Shown one piece after another: positions 58,924 through 64,000 of a stretch of 64,000 bases of DNA. Position 1 is the first letter of the stretch. Every line of letters begins with the position of its first letter. The notes under the pieces are model-generated. The model did no database searches and was not told where the DNA came from. It saw only the letters and a program-made list of their open reading frames with translations. The translations under genes were made by a program, and so were the position numbers. The DNA is from an uncultured cyanobacterium (GTDB taxonomy: Bacteria > Cyanobacteriota > Cyanobacteriia > CAKZMO01): positions 608,001 through 672,000 of the forward strand of contig CAVRCJ010000003.1 of the NCBI GenBank assembly GCA_963719515.1, in the 5' to 3' direction.

Positions 58924-61101
58924 CTACAGCGTTGACGGTGTCACGGTGGCACCCTCCGCGCTTTCCTCAAAGATCACCCGCTCCATCTCAATGTCTCGGG
59001 TTTCCTCCAGCAGTAAAGCCTCTTCCTGCTGCCGCTCAATCTTAATACGGGTAATCGATCCCCCATTGACCTGATGCATCGCGATCGCTTTTGTCTTCGC
59101 CGCCCCGGCGCGGTTGGCTACGGACCCTCCCCTCTCGTAGCGAATCGTGAACCGCTTGAGGTGAACATCCTGCAGCATTGCTGCAGGCGCCGGGTCAGTA
59201 AGCTGTTCAGCCGGGTCAACCTGGGGCGATTTCGGAGCCGATGTGCTCTGGGCGGCAGGGGCAACTACCACTGCGGCCACGTCCGGCCTGCGGTTTGCAA
59301 CTAGCTGGGCCGCTCCGTTGAACCGTACCTTCAGCACCGTACGCCCAGGGCCTTCTCCTACTAGGGTCAGATTACCGCGATTGATGGTGAGGGGTTCGAA
59401 GAAGTCCAGCTCTCCAATGGGAAGCTTAATCACCAGGTCATCCTCCAGGCTGTAGCGGCGAATCAGCTGGCTAATGGCCGCCGCGTCGTCTTGGCCGTCA
59501 TTCGGCCAAATTCCATGGTCAATGACGCTAACCTGCTGCACAGGCCGCTCTGGGGTTTGGCGGGACAGCTGCAGTCCGGCAATGTCCCAAAGGGGGTTGA
59601 GAACGCCACCCAGAGAGGCCAGAAAGACCACAAAGCAAAAGGCCTGGATTCCCAAGAGTGTATAGGAGGTGCTGCGCTTGGCAAGACGGCTGAAGCCCTT
59701 GCCGTCAGCATTGATGTTTTGATTGCCTCGGTTGGTCCAAGACTGCTGGGCCAGGTTCATCTGAGTCCAGATTTTGACCAAAGACGCCGCCCACTGGGTG
59801 GCCAGCAGCAGCGGGAAGTGGATGGGCTTGAGGACAGACTGTCGTCCCCAAAACACGATACCGAGGGTCAGCGGACGACTAAAGGTGACCCAGGAGAGGA
59901 CGATGCCAACCGCGATCCAGCTGCCCTGAAGCAGCGACAGCAGCAAAAAGCCGGGGGTAATCAGGCAGGTCCAAAAGCTGATGCGCTGGTCGATGAGGCT
60001 GTACCAAACAAACCAGCCCGTTCTCTTGGGCCCTAAGGCGAGCGCCCGCCCGTTGTTGCGTAGCATATTGCCGTACCAGCGGCGCATGTTGTTGTAGGCT
60101 CGGTCCACCACCGACCCCGACACGGTTTCGATGGAGTACACCAGGGCATCTGGAACATAGAGCATCTCGTAACCCTGCTTCAGCAGCCAAAACCAGGTGC
60201 TCTTATCGTCCCCCGAAAGAAACTTGAACCGTCCCCAGAGCCAGTCGTCTAGCGCATCATGCTCTAGCTGATGGATAAAGCTGGGGTCGAACGCGGCTTC
60301 GGCCCGAAACAGCGAAAACCGCCCGGTAAGACACAGGACCTTGCGGGCGAGGCTGTCGGAGCACATCTGCACATGACGCTGGGCAAAGCGGAGGTGAAAC
60401 CATTCTGAAAACAGATAGGACCCCGAAACCGCAGGCAATTCGTCGGTAGTCAAGGCTCCCATTTTGGGAAATAGGCGAAAAAACGGTAGGCATTGGTGCA
60501 GGACGCCGGGTGCTAGCTCAGAGTCACCATCCATCAGCGCTACAACCGTATCTTCGGGCAGCCCCAGCTGCGCTAGCTCCCGGAGACCATCCGCCATTGC
60601 TTTGCGCTTGCCGTCTTTTTGAATCATTGAGATCAGCCGCATCGTGGTGAGGCCAGGGTCTTCTCGCTCCAAAATTGCTCGAATCGCCCTGTTTTCATCC
60701 TCGCTGCTGCTGTTGACCAACAGGGTAACCGGCTGGGCTAAAGTTCTAGCTTCGCGGGCGATCGCCCGGAACACCCGTTCGGTAATCCAGGGCTTCTCTT
60801 TGTAGCTAGGCACCAGGAAGCACATATGGGGCAGCGCCTCCACAGGCACCGCGTTAGCCTGCTGACGCCAGCGGGGAAAGACGCCATGGAGGTAGAGGCG
60901 CGATCGCACCACTCGATAGAAAAACCATAGCCACCGCCAGATGCCAATAATTCCTAGCCCCAGGAGACTAAAGACTTCCCAGAAGGAGAGGTAGCCTGGA
61001 TTTTGAAGGATGAAGAGTCCCGTTAGACCGCAAAGGGAAAGGGCGCAAAGCAAGACGCCGTTGAGCCGAGCGCTGGCTGAGGGGAAAGATTCCTGTGTCA
61101 T
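58924..61101 (-). CDS. Alg8-like GT2 mannuronan synthase with C-terminal beta-helix-like extension
   Basis: IGIWRW, DGKRKAMA, MDGD, LRFAQRH..M.S, LTGRFS.FRA, FLSGDDKSTWF, MRRWYGNMLR. Confidence 0.85.
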   Translation of the reverse strand: MTQESFPSASARLNGVLLCALSLCGLTGLFILQNPGYLSFWEVFSLLGLGIIGIWRWLWFFYRVVRSRLYLHGVFPRWRQQANAVPVEALPHMCFLVPSYKEKPWITERVFRAIAREARTLAQPVTLLVNSSSEDENRAIRAILEREDPGLTTMRLISMIQKDGKRKAMADGLRELAQLGLPEDTVVALMDGDSELAPGVLHQCLPFFRLFPKMGALTTDELPAVSGSYLFSEWFHLRFAQRHVQMCSDSLARKVLCLTGRFSLFRAEAAFDPSFIHQLEHDALDDWLWGRFKFLSGDDKSTWFWLLKQGYEMLYVPDALVYSIETVSGSVVDRAYNNMRRWYGNMLRNNGRALALGPKRTGWFVWYSLIDQRISFWTCLITPGFLLLSLLQGSWIAVGIVLSWVTFSRPLTLGIVFWGRQSVLKPIHFPLLLATQWAASLVKIWTQMNLAQQSWTNRGNQNINADGKGFSRLAKRSTSYTLLGIQAFCFVVFLASLGGVLNPLWDIAGLQLSRQTPERPVQQVSVIDHGIWPNDGQDDAAAISQLIRRYSLEDDLVIKLPIGELDFFEPLTINRGNLTLVGEGPGRTVLKVRFNGAAQLVANRRPDVAAVVVAPAAQSTSAPKSPQVDPAEQLTDPAPAAMLQDVHLKRFTIRYERGGSVANRAGAAKTKAIAMHQVNGGSITRIKIERQQEEALLLEETRDIEMERVIFEESAEGATVTPSTL

Positions 61102-61176
61102 TTTGTTGACCGTTGAAGGGAGTTGCGTTGGTGTGTCGAACAGAGCTGTCGTCAGGGTTAGCGCTTATGACAGACG

Positions 61177-62490
61177 CTACAGCGTGCTCCAAGCATCCAT
61201 TCCAAAGGTCAACTGCGCGTTCTGGCCCACGCCGCAAAACTGGTGCGCCTGAAGCGGGTTTTCAGAGGCGGGGATGGTTACCCGAACTCGGGCCAAGGGC
61301 TGATTGATGAGATTGGGGGGAACGGCGGGAAGAATTGCCTCTGCCCTGGCCTCCGTCAGCTCTCCCATGCTGACAGCTTCAATGACGGTCACTTGCCCGA
61401 GCACGGTCTGGTCGCTTCCCGCCAGCTTGACGCGCACGGGCTTGTCCGCGTCAACTCGGTTGGCTCGATTCGCGCCCACAAGGGTCTCAACCCAAAGATC
61501 GTTGCAGTCTAGCAGGCCGAGTAAGGTCTCGGGGCGGCTGACCTGCTCTCCCGTTTCGTGATACGTCGTATAGACCACGCCGGAAAAGGGAGCCTTGACG
61601 GGAACAATCGCCTCCTGCTTATTCAGCCCTTTGGCCTCGTCTAGCTCAGCCTGCTGGTGACCCAGCGCTAGAGTCAGCCTTTCGACGGCTGCCTCTTGGG
61701 CTTGGACTTCTTTTGCCAAGGCTTCCTGTCGCTCCTGCATGTCGTCAATGGATGAGGCCATTGGGACGCTGGTGCGAGCCGCGCTCAGCATCGTGCTGCT
61801 CGCCTCTAGCTCAGCTCTAGCCGCTTTTACTTTGGCCTGAGCCGCCTTCCAAGAGGCCTCTAGCTGGTCTACCTGCTGCGCTGAAACGGCACCTTCGCTG
61901 AGGAGAGAGCGAAAACGGCTGTAGTCGCTTTGGGCCGCGCTCTCTTCGGCGATCGCCGCGTCGAGGGAGGCTTGGTAGCGATCGCGATCGTCTGTGGCAA
62001 CGGCAACCGTGGCCTGCTGTACCTGCTGATCTTGCTGCTCTAGGCCCTTTTGCTGCTGATTGAGTAAGGCCAGGGTTTGACGGGCGAGCGATAGCTCCGC
62101 TGTCATGGCTTGAACCTGACGCTGTAGTTCAGGAACAAGGCTTTGCCCCTGCTCTCGGGCGAGCGGATTGAGCCTAGCAAGCACTTGCCCAGTTCGCACT
62201 GAAATGCCGGGGCGACTGTAGAAGTCCTGAATTGTCCCGTCGACGGGAGACTGGACCCGCACGGTCCGTCCATTGACAATGCCGGTCTTGATTGTCATGT
62301 GGGTGAACCGGTAGTAGACCGACGTCAGGCCGATGCCCGCTGCACACAGGCCGAGGCCGAGGCAGAGTCCACCGACGGCGAAACGCTTCCAGGTGGCAGG
62401 GCGGGCTTCGGGGTCGCGAAAGGTATAGTCCTGCGCTGATACAGAGGACAAGGTGTCAGCCGATGAGGCTTTAGGTAGAGTTTTAACCAT
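61177..62490 (-). CDS. HlyD/Alg44-like membrane fusion protein
   Basis: Single TM, lipoyl-like halves (VQSPVDG, VKAPFSG) and coiled coil; directly upstream of alg8-like gene. Confidence 0.78.
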   Translation of the reverse strand: MVKTLPKASSADTLSSVSAQDYTFRDPEARPATWKRFAVGGLCLGLGLCAAGIGLTSVYYRFTHMTIKTGIVNGRTVRVQSPVDGTIQDFYSRPGISVRTGQVLARLNPLAREQGQSLVPELQRQVQAMTAELSLARQTLALLNQQQKGLEQQDQQVQQATVAVATDDRDRYQASLDAAIAEESAAQSDYSRFRSLLSEGAVSAQQVDQLEASWKAAQAKVKAARAELEASSTMLSAARTSVPMASSIDDMQERQEALAKEVQAQEAAVERLTLALGHQQAELDEAKGLNKQEAIVPVKAPFSGVVYTTYHETGEQVSRPETLLGLLDCNDLWVETLVGANRANRVDADKPVRVKLAGSDQTVLGQVTVIEAVSMGELTEARAEAILPAVPPNLINQPLARVRVTIPASENPLQAHQFCGVGQNAQLTFGMDAWSTL

Positions 62491-63313
62491 GGGGATTAGC
62501 AGAGCAAGATCTAAAGGACTTGGTGAGCGAACTGGTAATCGAAATGAGCGGAATAAGGTAGGTGAATTTCTGCGGACCAGAGTGATAGCGATCTGGTTGT
62601 TGCAGAGAAGTTATATCTTTTTAGACTGGGTTTAGACAGGAAATAGATTGTTTAGCTTCTGCATCAGCATCAAACTGCAATACAAATGCACAACTTCTGA
62701 GGGCAGGGACTGAAAGATGTAACCTTCTAATTATTTCTTGAGTGATTGGAAGTATCAAATATTACCTTTCACTGAAAAGCATTCAGTTATTCACTTTGAT
62801 GCAGGCTATTGGTGACACACCCTCTTGCTGAATTTGCGCGCTTTCCTGACGGTATTACAAAGAGCTTTGAGGTTCGAAGCGGTTACACAGCTAGGGATTG
62901 AGCTTCTCAGTCATGATTTTTTATGCGGTATAAATTTATCCAAACTGCCAGTCACGTTCACGGAACCGGCTAAATGCTAAACGGTGCTGTGGCCAGCTAA
63001 ATTTTCCGAAAAGCACTTAATGCAACCCTTGATTCGAAGTACCTTTGTCTAGAAATTAGCAGTATTGATGTCAATGTAGCAACTCTCTGAACAAGCAAAT
63101 GCGTGAAGCTTCACCGCAGCCTTACAAAGGTTTGATTCACTTTGTTTTAGCTTCAATATAAATTCTCAGGTAGCATACATAGACCGCGCTTAAGTAGCGC
63201 AGTCTATGCGCTTTGTGTTTGTTTAGTAATGCTTTTTAAACCAAACACAAGCCATCAGCCAATGGTTAGTTGAGTTACGTTAGGGTTATGCAAACTTGCG
63301 AAAATGAAGCGCG

Positions 63314-64000
63314 ATGAAGCACCGACTTTTAGGTCAATCGAGACTGTGGCGATTGGGGCTTGTCGTCGTAATCTTCAATCTGGGATGTCGCTCAGTCCAA
63401 CAGAGTTCCTCTCAGCTAGCGGAGAGCGATCCGGCAGCCGCGGCCCAGATTCAGGAAACCCAACCACAACAGTCGTCTCTTGAAGTGCAGACTGATGTTG
63501 ATGCTGAAGCGATCGCCCGTTGGTTAGCCCAACCCGATGGTGCTGGCCCAGCTCGCTCCTTTCGCGTCCGCTCGGGGAAGTCTTGGGGCTTTGAAAACCT
63601 GTCCTTCATTTCAGACGTCAGTACCGCCGAAGTTCCCGCTTTTCTACGGGTTTATTACCCCGCAGGCTCGGCGAGCCCTTCCGTGTCTCGGGAGAGCAGC
63701 GTGGCCTTGGGCGGAGCGCAGTTCTATGCCGAAATAGAGGCCCCTCAGAAGGCTTTGCGCCTTAGCTATCGGGTCCGCTTCTCGGATGACTTCAACTTTG
63801 TCAAAGGGGGGAAGCTGCCGGGGCTATTTGGCGGGGTGGGAGCCAGCGGCGGCAACATCCCCGACGGCAGCGACGGCTTTTCTACAAGGCTGATGTGGCG
63901 GCGGGAGGGGCAGGGAGAGGTTTATGCCTACCTGCCGACGAGTGAGCGCTATGGGACGTCCATTGGCCGAGGTCGCTGGCAATTTCGCCCTGGGGCTTGG
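63314..64000 (+). CDS. PL14-like polysaccharide lyase, probable lipoprotein (runs off the window end; absent from the ORF track)
   Basis: Manual translation: MKHRLLGQSRLWRLGLVVVIFNLGC...LRVYYPAGSASPS...FNFVKGGKLPGLFGG...FSTRLMWRREGQGEVYAYLP. Confidence 0.85.
   Translation, partial: MKHRLLGQSRLWRLGLVVVIFNLGCRSVQQSSSQLAESDPAAAAQIQETQPQQSSLEVQTDVDAEAIARWLAQPDGAGPARSFRVRSGKSWGFENLSFISDVSTAEVPAFLRVYYPAGSASPSVSRESSVALGGAQFYAEIEAPQKALRLSYRVRFSDDFNFVKGGKLPGLFGGVGASGGNIPDGSDGFSTRLMWRREGQGEVYAYLPTSERYGTSIGRGRWQFRPGAW

Larger units (their letters stand above)
1..64000. repeat. HIP1 octamer (GCGATCGC) dispersed throughout
   Basis: Recurs in most genes; established cyanobacterial hallmark. Confidence 0.95.

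Noticed and set aside
62491..63313. Long AT-rich intergenic region as ncRNA or hidden gene
   Set aside because: No convincing ORF, repeat or structure; consistent with divergent promoters that I cannot pin down.
1..64000. Many short ORFs antisense to or overlapping the called genes; tRNA/rRNA genes
   Set aside because: Shadow ORFs are expected at this GC content and lack family motifs; no tRNA or rRNA sequence was recognised.

Overview
GC-rich cyanobacterial chromosome segment (dense HIP1 GCGATCGC octamers; chlG, psbU, petP, ycf34, ictB). About 1-28 kb is mostly housekeeping. The best discovery candidate is an ~8.4 kb island (45.4-53.9 kb) bracketed by a duplicated 3' end of an amylo-alpha-1,6-glucosidase gene. 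It carries a small EACC1-like gene and a caspase::FGE-sulfatase (C-type lectin fold) fusion whose last 117 nt are a diversity-generating-retroelement (DGR) variable region. Its adenine-rich template repeat lies 166 bp downstream, but no reverse transcriptase or Avd gene is visible in the window. The island also holds an XPB helicase pair, nested miniature repeats and a 21-bp HIP1 tandem array. Elsewhere: one tnpB-only IS200/IS605 element and two related mini-elements, all inserted 3' of TTTAG; a duplicated unknown gene bracketing an MprF/CorA/P-type ATPase block; a gene junction at a HIP1 site; and an alg8/alg44-like polysaccharide locus with two PL14-like lyases. Product calls come from recognising motifs by eye, not from database searches.
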